In this document: positions 33,047 to 42,224 of the stretch, in pieces
Layout: each line of letters starts with the position of its first letter
Numbering within the stretch: position 1 is the stretch's first letter
Source: Candidatus Eremiobacteria bacterium
GTDB lineage: Bacteria > Vulcanimicrobiota > Vulcanimicrobiia > Vulcanimicrobiales > Vulcanimicrobiaceae
Assembly (NCBI GenBank): GCA_963758295.1
Contig: CAVWUU010000006.1
Coordinates: forward strand, 32,001 to 96,000
DNA: 64,000 bases
Direction of reading: 5' to 3'
Notes under the pieces: generated by a model
Database searches by the model: none
Told to the model about the DNA's origin: nothing
What the model saw: the letters and a program-made list of their open reading frames with translations, nothing else
Position numbers and translations under genes: made by a program

Positions 33047-33420
33047 TAGAGATCCGGCCCGAAATCCGATTTTCGAAGAACCGCGCAGCTCGTCGGCGTT
33101 TCCCACAGAACGAGTTCGTCCATGCCGGGCAGATGCGGCTCGAGCTTATTCCAAATCCACATAACGATGCGCTCGGCGGTCGGATTTTCGATGAGGTCGT
33201 TTAGCGTATAGTGATCTAACGCATCCACAGCTTCGCGATGGACGACTGTCTTGATCGTGTCGAAGTCTTCGATCATGCCGCGGGCCGGACCATCCGTTTG
33301 AATAGACCCGCGAACGGCTACATCGAGACGGTACGAGTGGCCGTGCATCCGGGCGCATTTTCCCTGATGGTACGGAAGCACGTGTGCCGCCTCGAACCGG
33401 AAAGACTTACGTATCTGCAT
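33046..33420 (-). CDS. queD: 6-carboxytetrahydropterin synthase
   Basis: FEAAHVL, KCARMHGHSY, LDHYTLN, NPTAE, LWETPTS. Confidence 0.93.
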   Translation of the reverse strand: MQIRKSFRFEAAHVLPYHQGKCARMHGHSYRLDVAVRGSIQTDGPARGMIEDFDTIKTVVHREAVDALDHYTLNDLIENPTAERIVMWIWNKLEPHLPGMDELVLWETPTSCAVLRKSDFGPDL

Positions 33421-33453
33421 GGAATCGGCGTAGCGTTCGCGGAAAGAAGCTCT

Positions 33454-34320
33454 GTGGCCCTTCGAAGCAATCGAGAAGAACTGGTGATCACGGCCGTCGT
33501 TGGAGAGGCCGCGCCCATGCTCGTTAACACGGGTCTCTACGACGTGAGTTTCGAGGGCGAGCCGCAGATATTGCCCGCGGTCGGCGGCATTACGCCGAAT
33601 GTCCGGGTTGGCGACTCCGCTTTTGGCTTCAAAGCCGATCATATCGAGCCGGGCGTATCCATCCGTCATCCGGACGACCGCCAGAATGCCTCGCTCAACG
33701 TCTTTTCGTGCATCGGCAATGAGGCAATTGTCGTAACGGGCGACGCCAAGGGCGCCAAAGGCCGGGTTACCGGCAAACACGGCGGCGTCGAGCACGTGCT
33801 CGTCGACTTTGCGCCCGATGTCATGCGACAAATGACGCTCGGTGACAAGGTGCAGGTTTGGGGCTGCGGCTTGGGTCTGGAGCTTCTAGATGCACCGCTC
33901 GTGAAGGCATTCAACGCCGATCCGGATTTGCTCGATGCATGCGGCGCCGAAGCGCACAACGGCCGGATACACATCGCGGTTGCGCGCACGGTTCCGGCGG
34001 CGGTGATGGGTTCAGGCCTCGGCCGCGCAACGGTCGTTCGCGGCGACTACGACATTCAAACGTTCGACGATACGATGGCCGAAGCATATGGCTTGCGGGA
34101 ATTGCGGCTAGGGGATCTCGTGGCGATCATCAACGCAGACAATTCTTACGGCCGCATTTATCGCACCGGCGCCATTTCCGTCGGCGTGGTCGTGCACGGC
34201 CGCTCGTTCGTCGCCGGTCACGGCCCGGGCGTGAGCACGCTGCTTACCTCTACAACCGGCGACATCGGCGTTTCGATCGATTCCAACGCGAATCTGTCGA
34301 AGATTTTGGGCTTACGCTAA
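33454..34320 (+). CDS. DUF4438 family protein
   Basis: LPAVGGITPNVRVGD, DHIEPGVS, SCIGNEA, GRVTGKHGGVEH, MGSGLG, GDYDI, GHGPGV match my recollection of DUF4438. Confidence 0.78.
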   Translation: MALRSNREELVITAVVGEAAPMLVNTGLYDVSFEGEPQILPAVGGITPNVRVGDSAFGFKADHIEPGVSIRHPDDRQNASLNVFSCIGNEAIVVTGDAKGAKGRVTGKHGGVEHVLVDFAPDVMRQMTLGDKVQVWGCGLGLELLDAPLVKAFNADPDLLDACGAEAHNGRIHIAVARTVPAAVMGSGLGRATVVRGDYDIQTFDDTMAEAYGLRELRLGDLVAIINADNSYGRIYRTGAISVGVVVHGRSFVAGHGPGVSTLLTSTTGDIGVSIDSNANLSKILGLR

Positions 34321-35475
34321 CGCGCCTTCTAAATCGGTGATGAGATCGTCAACGTTTTCGCAGCCGATGGAGAGCCGGATGAGTGAAGGCGAGCCGCCTA
34401 TTTCGTGTGCTTGTTCGGATTCGCCGACATCGGGCCACATAGCGGCCGGCTGCGCGACGAGCGACTCGATACCGCCCAGACTTGCGGCCAACCGGAAAAG
34501 CCGGAGTTTCGCGATCGCTGCGGCGGCGTCGGTAAAGCTGCCGTCAATTTCGAAGCTCAGTAAACCGCCGAATCCGCGCATCTGGCGCCGCGCCAAATCG
34601 TGATTGGGGTGCGTTGGCAGACCCGGATAATAAACGCGCCGCACGCGATCTTGTTCGGATAAAAATTCAGCGATCGCTTGAGCGTTGCGGTTGTGTTGCC
34701 CGACGCGCATGTCGAGCGTACGAAGACCGCGCAACAAGAGCCATGCGGCGATCGGAGCCAGCGTGGCGCCGGTAATAATGTGCGTTTGCCAGATTCTCGC
34801 GATGAGCTCTTCCGAAGCGACGACGACCCCGGCGATGAGGTCCGAATGGCCGCCCATGTACTTAGTTGCGCTGTGCAACACGACGTCGACGCCGTGTTGC
34901 AGCGGACGTTGGTTCACCGGTGTCGCGATTGTATTATCGACGCTGACGAGCGCGCCCCTGTCGTGCGCGATTCTTACGACGGCATCGAGGTCGGTAATGC
35001 CCAGAAGCGGGTTGCTCGGCGTTTCTACGATGACAAGCGTCGTATTAGGGCGCATCGCTGCTTCGAACGCCGCGGTGTCGCTTTGATCGACGAACGTGAC
35101 GTCAACGTTAAAACGCGGCAGCAAGTCGGCAAGAAGGTTGCGCGTCCCCGAATAGAGCTGCATCTGCGCCACGACGTGTTCGCCTGCGTTAACGAGCGTC
35201 AGCACCGTGGTCGAAATCGCACCCATCCCCGATGCCGCAACGATTGCTGCTTCGCCGCCTTCGATAGCGGCAACGACGCGCCCGACCTGCGCTTGATTGG
35301 GATTGCCGTAACGGGTGTAAAACGTCTCGAAATTCGGCGTGCTCGCGCCGCGTGCCATGGCTTCGGGATCGTCGAAGGCAAAGGTTGAGGTTTGATAGAT
35401 CGGCGGGGTTACGTCCTGTCCCTGATGCCGTCGATCGGCGTGCAGAAGTTTCGTCTCGATTCCGAACTCGTCCAT
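34312..35475 (-). CDS. PLP-dependent trans-sulfuration enzyme (cystathionine gamma-synthase/lyase or methionine gamma-lyase family)
   Basis: PPIYQTSTF, YTRYGNP, SGMGAI, ETPSNP, VDNT, HSATKYMGGHSD, SLGGIESL, RLSIG. Confidence 0.9.
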   Translation of the reverse strand: MDEFGIETKLLHADRRHQGQDVTPPIYQTSTFAFDDPEAMARGASTPNFETFYTRYGNPNQAQVGRVVAAIEGGEAAIVAASGMGAISTTVLTLVNAGEHVVAQMQLYSGTRNLLADLLPRFNVDVTFVDQSDTAAFEAAMRPNTTLVIVETPSNPLLGITDLDAVVRIAHDRGALVSVDNTIATPVNQRPLQHGVDVVLHSATKYMGGHSDLIAGVVVASEELIARIWQTHIITGATLAPIAAWLLLRGLRTLDMRVGQHNRNAQAIAEFLSEQDRVRRVYYPGLPTHPNHDLARRQMRGFGGLLSFEIDGSFTDAAAAIAKLRLFRLAASLGGIESLVAQPAAMWPDVGESEQAHEIGGSPSLIRLSIGCENVDDLITDLEGALA

Positions 35476-35511
35476 GCGAGGCTCATTCGGCGCATGGCAT
35501 CGACCTCCGGC

Positions 35512-36582
35512 CTAGCGTGAAACGATGAGTTTCATTGCGTCGAAATCGAACGTCATTTGCGTTCCACGGAAAAAACCGCGTGAAATCGTTCCACCGACCG
35601 CGAACGGGAAGACGCTGTATCGCTCGTTGCCCGAAAGCACAATGCCCGCCACGTTGGCTTCGGCAAAATTGCCAAGCGCGACATTTTGGGCGACGAACGC
35701 TTGCGTGGCATCGGGCGCGATGGCGGCCGCATCTAACGTGGCTTGCGTGAGTTGGACCGCTGCAGCGCCGGCTGTGTCGATATTGAAAAGTGCGGCAGCA
35801 CCGCCGTTAACACGCGCTCGCGTAAAAATGAATCGATCGCCGACCAGCCACATCGGGACGACCGTTCCACCGCTCTTGGTCGCGGCGGTCTCCAGGGCTC
35901 GCGACGGATCCCGGGCGCGCAGTAAAAGCCGATTCTGCGCGTAGTCGATTGTCGAAAGAAAATGGTAGAGAAAAGCCGTGCCGATGGCACCGTCGATGCG
36001 ACGACCCCCGGCGATCATCGGTCGATCGGCCACCGTTGCCCACACGTTGCGGATCCTCAGACCGGGCGTCGCAAAGGTGTCGAGTTTGACACCGCCCGGT
36101 GCGGCGGTGGAAACCTTCAGGCGATCGGCAGTGTCCGGACTCAATTCGACTGCTGCGGCGTTTGTATCCAGGGCTAACGTGAGCGGATGTCCGTTGACGG
36201 TCGCGCGTACGAGCGGTTGAGGATCGACCGCTATGAAGGGAACCGCAACGCCGGCGCCTCGCATGTCGATCTGGAAATCACTTGTATTCGCGCCCATCGA
36301 TTTGACTGCGTGGAGGCGTAGGCGCGCTCGAGTATTTTGTGGATCGAGCTGAACCGCACGTCCCAGGTACGTGACCGCGTTCTTGAGATCGTTGCGATAA
36401 AGGTCAATGGTTCCGAGCCCTAGGTTGGCATCGGCATCGTCCGGCGAGGCGGTCAGGGCCGCGTTATAGGCAACGAAGGCAGCGTCGAAGTCCCCTCCTT
36501 GAAAAGCCAAATCGCCGGCGCTCGGCGAGGGCGGGCTCGAAGCCAGTGCGGCGGCGATCAAGGTGGTGAACAAGGCGTACAT
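35512..36582 (-). CDS. Secreted TPR plus two-domain aspartyl protease-like protein
   Basis: Signal peptide, TPR-like helices, LALDTNA and FNIDTAG (variant DTG motifs), DGAIGTAFL..TIDY, TFDF. Confidence 0.72.
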   Translation of the reverse strand: MYALFTTLIAAALASSPPSPSAGDLAFQGGDFDAAFVAYNAALTASPDDADANLGLGTIDLYRNDLKNAVTYLGRAVQLDPQNTRARLRLHAVKSMGANTSDFQIDMRGAGVAVPFIAVDPQPLVRATVNGHPLTLALDTNAAAVELSPDTADRLKVSTAAPGGVKLDTFATPGLRIRNVWATVADRPMIAGGRRIDGAIGTAFLYHFLSTIDYAQNRLLLRARDPSRALETAATKSGGTVVPMWLVGDRFIFTRARVNGGAAALFNIDTAGAAAVQLTQATLDAAAIAPDATQAFVAQNVALGNFAEANVAGIVLSGNERYSVFPFAVGGTISRGFFRGTQMTFDFDAMKLIVSR

Positions 36583-36651
36583 CTGCGCAACCTCAGTCAC
36601 TCAAGCATACAGCTTCCGGCGCGTAACCGCTCTCAGCGTCTTCCGATTCTC

Positions 36652-36700
36652 TTGACAGCGACGCATTAATAACCGTATGGTTATATAACCGTATGGTTAA
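36652..36700 (+). promoter_or_regulatory. Sigma70-type promoter overlapped by a tandem palindromic operator
   Basis: TTGACA at 36652, TATGGT at 36676 (18-bp spacer); tandem ATAACC-gtat-GGTTA(T/A) at 36669-36684 and 36685-36700. Confidence 0.75.
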
Positions 36701-37037
36701 CCAAAATGCGCCGCTGGATGCGGTCTTCAACGCCCTTTCGGACCCGACTCGCCGCCAAATTGTCGAGCGGCTTGCGCGTGGGCCGCTAACTGTCGGAGAA
36801 ATCGCCTCGGCATTTCCAATTTCGCAACCGGCCATATCGAAGCACGTTCGTGTGTTGGAAAGCTCGGGATTGCTGATGCGCGAGATTCAGGGCCGCGTTC
36901 ATTTCTGCCGCCTTTCCCCTCAGGCAATGGAAGCCGCGGCGAATTGGATCGAGGCGCAGCGCCGCTTTTGGAATGACGCTCTCGACCGGCTCGATGCCGT
37001 GCTCGCTCAACCTCCGCAACGAAAGACGAAAAAATGA
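36693..37037 (+). CDS. ArsR/SmtB family transcriptional regulator
   Basis: LDAVFNALSDPTRRQIVERL, SQPAISKHVRVLE, FWNDALDRL. Confidence 0.92.
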   Translation: MVNQNAPLDAVFNALSDPTRRQIVERLARGPLTVGEIASAFPISQPAISKHVRVLESSGLLMREIQGRVHFCRLSPQAMEAAANWIEAQRRFWNDALDRLDAVLAQPPQRKTKK

Positions 37038-37480
37038 ATCAAGCTCAAGCCGCCGTTCCCGCACTCGTGGTGCGCCGCATATACAATGTTCCGCGCGAGC
37101 GCGTGTTCGAAGCGTGGACAACTCCGGAAATGCTCTCGCGGTTCCTGGGGTCCAGCGACGTAAAAGTTCAGGAAGCAAACGCCGACGTGCGCGTTGGCGG
37201 CGCATATCGGGTGAAAATGGTTCATCCCAGCGGCGAAAATTTCACTGCGTTCGGCGTGTACCGCGAGGTTCGCAAGCCCGAGAAGCTCGTGATGACCTGG
37301 ACGTGGGAAGAAGACGATCTCTCCGATCAGCACGAGACGCTGCTCACGCTTGAGTTCAACGACCGCCGGGGCGAGACCGAATTAGTGCTCACGCACGAGC
37401 ATTTGCGCAGTCTCGAATCTCGCGCGAATCACGAGAAAGGCTGGAACGGAACGCTTGAGACGCTCGAGCGCGTCTTCTAA
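37034..37480 (+). CDS. SRPBCC/AHSA1 domain protein
   Basis: PRERVFEAWT, DVRVGGAYR, GVYREV..PEKLVMTW, HEKGW; ATGA overlap with the ArsR gene. Confidence 0.9.
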   Translation: MNQAQAAVPALVVRRIYNVPRERVFEAWTTPEMLSRFLGSSDVKVQEANADVRVGGAYRVKMVHPSGENFTAFGVYREVRKPEKLVMTWTWEEDDLSDQHETLLTLEFNDRRGETELVLTHEHLRSLESRANHEKGWNGTLETLERVF

Positions 37481-37662
37481 CGTTTCGACGAAACAAGGCG
37501 CGTTAGTCCATACGAACCAGCGAAGATAAAGATCCTGTAAGGCCCGGTGCCCGCGCCCAGGATTGCGCGCGTCTAGTCTCAATCTCTTGTGCGTACCGCC
37601 GCGGCTGTTTTGCTCGCGGCGTTATCGCGTTGTTACGACGCAACTTTCGACGCAGGGAGCAT

Positions 37663-39657
37663 ATGAAAAAAGTTTTACCGTGGGCCGCGGTCGGCTCACT
37701 CGCTATGGTTGCTGCTTGTAGCGGCGGCGGTACGGTCGTCACTCCGGCGCAACCCGCGCAGCCCACGACGCAATCGGCAACGGTCCAGTTCACGATCGTC
37801 GTTCCGTCCGGGCACATTACGACCGCAAGCCGCGTGCGGCCAAACCTTACTACGCCGCCGGGAACGCAATCTGTGACGATCGGCGTCTCCAGCGTTAACG
37901 GATCGTCGACAACCGGAACGCCCACGGTGATAAACCTTACCGGTTCGAACTGCACGACGACGCCGGCGCAAACGAGCTGTACGGCTTCGGTAACCGTCCC
38001 GGCCGGAACTGACGTCATGCAAGTCAAGACGTATGCACAACCGAACGCGGCCGGCACGATGACCGGCGAAGGCAATCTTACGCTGCAAGCCGCTGCGGGC
38101 GGATCGTATAACGAGCCGACCGTCATGGGCGGAACGGTTGCGAAAATTTCGGTTTCCGCATTCGGCGTTGAAGGCGTTGCGGGTACGTACCCAATTGTCG
38201 TGACGGCGTACGATTCGAACGGCAATGCAATCATCGGCTCGTACGGCTCGCCGATTACGGTTGCCGACAGCGATACGACGACGAACACGTCGCTTTCCGC
38301 GACCACCGTTTCCGACTCGACCGCCGCGGCCGCTCTAACGATTACGTACAGCGGCGCCGCGATTACCCCGGTTACGATTTCGGCATCTGCGTCGGGCATC
38401 GCGGCCGCGAACATCACGAACGCATCGTTCCCCGTTTCCAGCTACGCGACGGCGAACGGGACGACCACGATTCAAAGCTCGGGAACGGCCACGATGGGCT
38501 ACAACGGTGTTTCCGGCTCGCCGCAGCCGTTGGCCGGCACGCTGAGCAACTCCACGCAGACCGGACAGTCGCTCACCGTCGGAAGCTCGACCGTTAATAA
38601 TTTGGTGGAGCAGTCGACGTGGGGACTGGCCGGCAATCGCCCCGGTGCCTCGACGCCGGCGAGCGTGACGCCATATTACTATGCGTGGACGTCGCTCGGT
38701 TCGTCACTCTCCTATGGTTACGTCGGCGTTACTGGCACCACGTCTGAACTTTGCGCACCGCCGTACAGCAAACTCGTCGTTCTGCCGGTACCGGCGTCGC
38801 CGTGGGACGCGCTCGCCAATGCGGGTGCGTGCTCGTTCACGAACGCAAGCGATGCGGGCATCTTCAATTCCGACGGCAGCTATTCGGATTCGGGAACGAA
38901 TTCCGGCGGGGCATACACCAACGCTTCTCAACCCGACGGCTCCGTGTCGGTCTCGTTCAACGGTACGACCGGCTCCGAAATCATAACCGCGGCGATGCCA
39001 TCGTCGACCGCTCAAACCATAAGCGCGCAAGTGCAGGCGTTCCCCGGGGCGATCCCGTCGCCGGGCAGTACCGCGACGCCCGCGCCCGTTTCGACGACGG
39101 CTCCGAACCCATGGCTAATGGCGAACGTGCAGCCGACCACCCCGCTCATGACCGACAAGTTTACGCCGGTCGGTTCCGTCACCACCCTGCCCGCGCAGTG
39201 CGCCGTTCCGGCGTCGCTGCTTGGGACGCAGCCTTCGCTGACCGAAGTCGACGAAAGCCTCGTCGTCTACGATCTGATGGGAGAATGGTACGGTAACTAC
39301 ATGAACTTTGCGTACAAGCACTACTACGCAAACGGCGTCGGCGAAGTGTGTACGAACGAAGTGCTGCACCTGTGGACCATGGACGGCTATTTCTCCGACT
39401 GGATTAACGGCACGGACCAGAACTACGATACCGAGGATCTTACCAAGTGGTCCTGGGTGACCAGCGCAGGCAGTCCCCTTGCGCCCAGCTCGAGAAGGCG
39501 CGCGTCCTCGATGACGACGCCCACCGTTTCGACGGACCTAAGCGCGGCTACGATGGCCGACCGCTTCAACCAGATGCATCAGATGCACGATCTGTTGCAG
39601 CAGGCACGCGTGACCCACAGGTCGCTGCATGCTCTTCTGAACGCTCGGAACAACTAA
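37663..39657 (+). CDS. Large Thr/Ser-rich surface lipoprotein (paralog of 45567-47639)
   Basis: GGGAG SD; lipobox-type MVAAC-SGGG; beta-rich Ig-like composition; conserved Cys pairs. Confidence 0.8.
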   Translation: MKKVLPWAAVGSLAMVAACSGGGTVVTPAQPAQPTTQSATVQFTIVVPSGHITTASRVRPNLTTPPGTQSVTIGVSSVNGSSTTGTPTVINLTGSNCTTTPAQTSCTASVTVPAGTDVMQVKTYAQPNAAGTMTGEGNLTLQAAAGGSYNEPTVMGGTVAKISVSAFGVEGVAGTYPIVVTAYDSNGNAIIGSYGSPITVADSDTTTNTSLSATTVSDSTAAAALTITYSGAAITPVTISASASGIAAANITNASFPVSSYATANGTTTIQSSGTATMGYNGVSGSPQPLAGTLSNSTQTGQSLTVGSSTVNNLVEQSTWGLAGNRPGASTPASVTPYYYAWTSLGSSLSYGYVGVTGTTSELCAPPYSKLVVLPVPASPWDALANAGACSFTNASDAGIFNSDGSYSDSGTNSGGAYTNASQPDGSVSVSFNGTTGSEIITAAMPSSTAQTISAQVQAFPGAIPSPGSTATPAPVSTTAPNPWLMANVQPTTPLMTDKFTPVGSVTTLPAQCAVPASLLGTQPSLTEVDESLVVYDLMGEWYGNYMNFAYKHYYANGVGEVCTNEVLHLWTMDGYFSDWINGTDQNYDTEDLTKWSWVTSAGSPLAPSSRRRASSMTTPTVSTDLSAATMADRFNQMHQMHDLLQQARVTHRSLHALLNARNN

Positions 39658-39678
39658 TAGCGGCCGGCATCGACGCAG

Positions 39679-39714
39679 AGAGCCCGCGCACAACGCGCGG
39701 GCTCTTTTGTTTTT
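39679..39714 (+). terminator. Intrinsic terminator of the lipoprotein gene
   Basis: AGAGCCCGCGC-acaac-GCGCGGGCTCT followed by TTTGTTTTT. Confidence 0.85.
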
Positions 39715-39754
39715 CACTGGCGCTTCGCGAAATGTACGGTTCGCTGCGTAGCAG

Positions 39755-39793
39755 AGGTAAAAAAACCGGCTACTCCGGCCGGTTTTTCTACCT
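39755..39793 (-). terminator. Intrinsic terminator of the 2-oxoacid dehydrogenase operon (possibly bidirectional)
   Basis: AAAAACCGGC-tactccg-GCCGGTTTTT with A/T tracts on both sides, just past the E2 stop. Confidence 0.75.
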
Positions 39794-39798
39794 TCGTT

Positions 39799-41223
39799 TT
39801 ATAGCGCCCCGTCGGGACCCATCTTCTCGAGACGCTTCTTGAGATCGGCTAGGAAGCCGCTCGCGACGTAACCGTCGACCACCCGATGGTCGAGCGACAG
39901 ACACGAATTCATCATGAAGCGAATCGCAAACGAATCGTCGTCGCGAACCATCATCTTTTTCTCGACGGTTTCCATCGTAACGATGCCGGCTTGCCCTGCG
40001 TTGATAATCGGAGCCGAGGCCCACGAACCATTTGCGCCGTTGTTGTTGACGGTGAACGTTCCGCCGGAAAGATCGTCGACGCCGAGTTTTCCGCGACGGG
40101 CTTTGTCGATCAACTCGGCGCCCGCAATCGCGAGGCCCTTGATCGAAAGCTTGTCGGCGTTCTTGATAACGGGAACGACGAGATTGGTCGCAAGGCCGAT
40201 CGCGATGCCGACGTTCACGTCTTTGTTGACGTAGATGCCTTCCGCGGTAAACTTCCCGTTCATCAACGGGAATGCGCCGATCGATTCGACGACCGCACGA
40301 ATGAAGAACGGCAGAAGCGTGAGCTTGTAGCCGGTCTCGCGCTCGAAACGGTCTTTCTCGCGTGCCCGCCACTTCCATACGTTGGTCACGTCAATGGAAA
40401 CCATCGACCACGCGTGCGGCGCGTTGTGCTTCGATTCCACCATGCGTTCCGCGATGATGCGGCGCGCTTGGTTGAGCGGAATCACCGTGCCGGGAATCGG
40501 CTCGCCGTACGACGACGTTCCAACGCCGGCCGGCGCGGACGGCGGCGTGTAACCCGGGCCTGCCGGTGCGGCCGGCATCTTAGCCGGAGCGCCCGTTGCG
40601 CCGAAATTCGTGCCGACACCGATTGCCTGGCCGACGGCGGCCGCCGGACCCATGCGCGAAGCGGTCAGCACGTCTTCGGCGGTTACGCGGCCATTGGAGC
40701 CGCTTCCGCGAATCGCGCGAATGTCGATGTGATGTTCGCGTGCGAGTTTGCGCACGGCGGGCGATGCTTTACGCAACGCTTCTTCCGATCCGGCCGCCGT
40801 GTCGGCAAGACCGCCGGAGGCGCCATATGAACTCGGTATGACGTTTTCGCTTTTCGCGTGGCCGTTCGTTACGGCACCGTTTCCGGCGGACGCAATTTGC
40901 ACGCCGGGCGAGAACGACTCTTGCGCGGACGCCGACGGTGCAGCCGGCGGTTGCGCGGCTGGAGCCGCTTCCGCGCTTGCCGCGCCGACTTCTTCGATGA
41001 CGGCGATCGGCGCGCCGGTGGGAACCGTCTCGCCTTCCTTTACCAGCACTTCCTTAATCACGCCCGTGACCGGTGCGGGAACTTCGGCATTGACTTTATC
41101 GGTCGAAACTTCGACGAATGCTTCGTACTTTTCAACCGAGTCGCCGACTTTCTTGAGCCATTGCGCGACGGTGCCTTCAGTGACCGTTTCGCCCAGCTGC
41201 GGCATCGTAATCGTGGTTGCCAT
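39799..41223 (-). CDS. Dihydrolipoamide acyltransferase E2 (branched-chain 2-oxoacid dehydrogenase-like)
   Basis: MPQLGETVTEG and STDKVNAEVP lipoyl domain, ASPAVRKLA E3-binding domain, DHRVVDG catalytic motif. Confidence 0.92.
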   Translation of the reverse strand: MATTITMPQLGETVTEGTVAQWLKKVGDSVEKYEAFVEVSTDKVNAEVPAPVTGVIKEVLVKEGETVPTGAPIAVIEEVGAASAEAAPAAQPPAAPSASAQESFSPGVQIASAGNGAVTNGHAKSENVIPSSYGASGGLADTAAGSEEALRKASPAVRKLAREHHIDIRAIRGSGSNGRVTAEDVLTASRMGPAAAVGQAIGVGTNFGATGAPAKMPAAPAGPGYTPPSAPAGVGTSSYGEPIPGTVIPLNQARRIIAERMVESKHNAPHAWSMVSIDVTNVWKWRAREKDRFERETGYKLTLLPFFIRAVVESIGAFPLMNGKFTAEGIYVNKDVNVGIAIGLATNLVVPVIKNADKLSIKGLAIAGAELIDKARRGKLGVDDLSGGTFTVNNNGANGSWASAPIINAGQAGIVTMETVEKKMMVRDDDSFAIRFMMNSCLSLDHRVVDGYVASGFLADLKKRLEKMGPDGAL

Positions 41224-42224
41224 TAGAACTTCACCAACTCTCGCATTGCATCGGCCATTTTGGCGGGCGACGACATGTATTCGTGTTCGAGCGGCTCCGC
41301 GTAGCCCATGGCCGGGACGTCGGGCGCGCAGAGACGGCGAATCGGCGCATCGAGATTGAAGAGAGCTTCCTCAGCCACCATTGCCGAAATCTCGGCGCCG
41401 ATGCCGCCGAACTTGTTATCTTCGTGAATGATCAACAGCTTGCGCGTCTTTTCTACGCTCGTCAGAATCGTTTCGCGATCCATCGGACGGATCGAACGCA
41501 GGTCGATGACTTCCACCGAGAGCCCTTCTTGTTCGAGCTGCTGCGCCGCGTCGAGCGCCCAGTGTACGTAGAGGCCGTAGGAAACGACGGTGAGCTGCGT
41601 GCCGGGCTTCTTCACGTCCGCCTTGCCGATCGGAATCGTGTAGTGACCCTCGGGCACTTCGCCCTTGATTAGGCGGTACGTCTTCTTGTGTTCAAGGAAC
41701 AACACCGGATCCGGATCGTCGATTGCCGCATTGAGCAAGCCTTTAACGTCGGCAGGGAATGCCGGCGCTACGATCTTCAGGCCCGGAACGTGATAGAACA
41801 GCGCTTCGATCGAAACCGAGTGTGAGAGTGCACCGCGGACGCCGCCGCCGTACGGCGTGCGAATCACAAGCGGACACGTGTACTCGCCGTTGGAGCGATA
41901 GCGCGTCTTCGCGGCTTCGCCGACGATCTGGTTGAACGCGGGATAGATGAAGTCGGCGAATTGGATTTCTGCGATGGGACGAAGGCCTTCCATCGCCATG
42001 CCGACGGCAATGCCGATGATCGACGCTTCGGCGATCGGCGTGTCGATCACGCGCTGGGCACCGAATTCGTTGATGAAGTCTTTCGTGATGAGGAACACGT
42101 TGCCGCGTGCGCCGACGTCTTCACCCAAAATGACGGTGCGATCGTCGCTCTTCATCGCTTCGTACAACGTCTCACGCACGGCTTCGACGTTGTTCAGTAC
42201 TTTGGACGACGTGCTCACTGCCAC
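41223..42224 (-). CDS. 2-oxoacid dehydrogenase E1 beta subunit
   Basis: GEDVG, DTPIAE, AEIQFADFIYPAFNQI, GALSHS, FLEHKK; GTG start overlaps the E1 alpha stop. Confidence 0.93.
   Translation of the reverse strand: MAVSTSSKVLNNVEAVRETLYEAMKSDDRTVILGEDVGARGNVFLITKDFINEFGAQRVIDTPIAEASIIGIAVGMAMEGLRPIAEIQFADFIYPAFNQIVGEAAKTRYRSNGEYTCPLVIRTPYGGGVRGALSHSVSIEALFYHVPGLKIVAPAFPADVKGLLNAAIDDPDPVLFLEHKKTYRLIKGEVPEGHYTIPIGKADVKKPGTQLTVVSYGLYVHWALDAAQQLEQEGLSVEVIDLRSIRPMDRETILTSVEKTRKLLIIHEDNKFGGIGAEISAMVAEEALFNLDAPIRRLCAPDVPAMGYAEPLEHEYMSSPAKMADAMRELVKF

Noticed and set aside
32471..33420. queD/queE as part of a 7-deazaguanine DNA-modification (Dpd) defence island
   Set aside because: No dpdA/tgt-like, helicase or other defence genes are nearby; the context is housekeeping.
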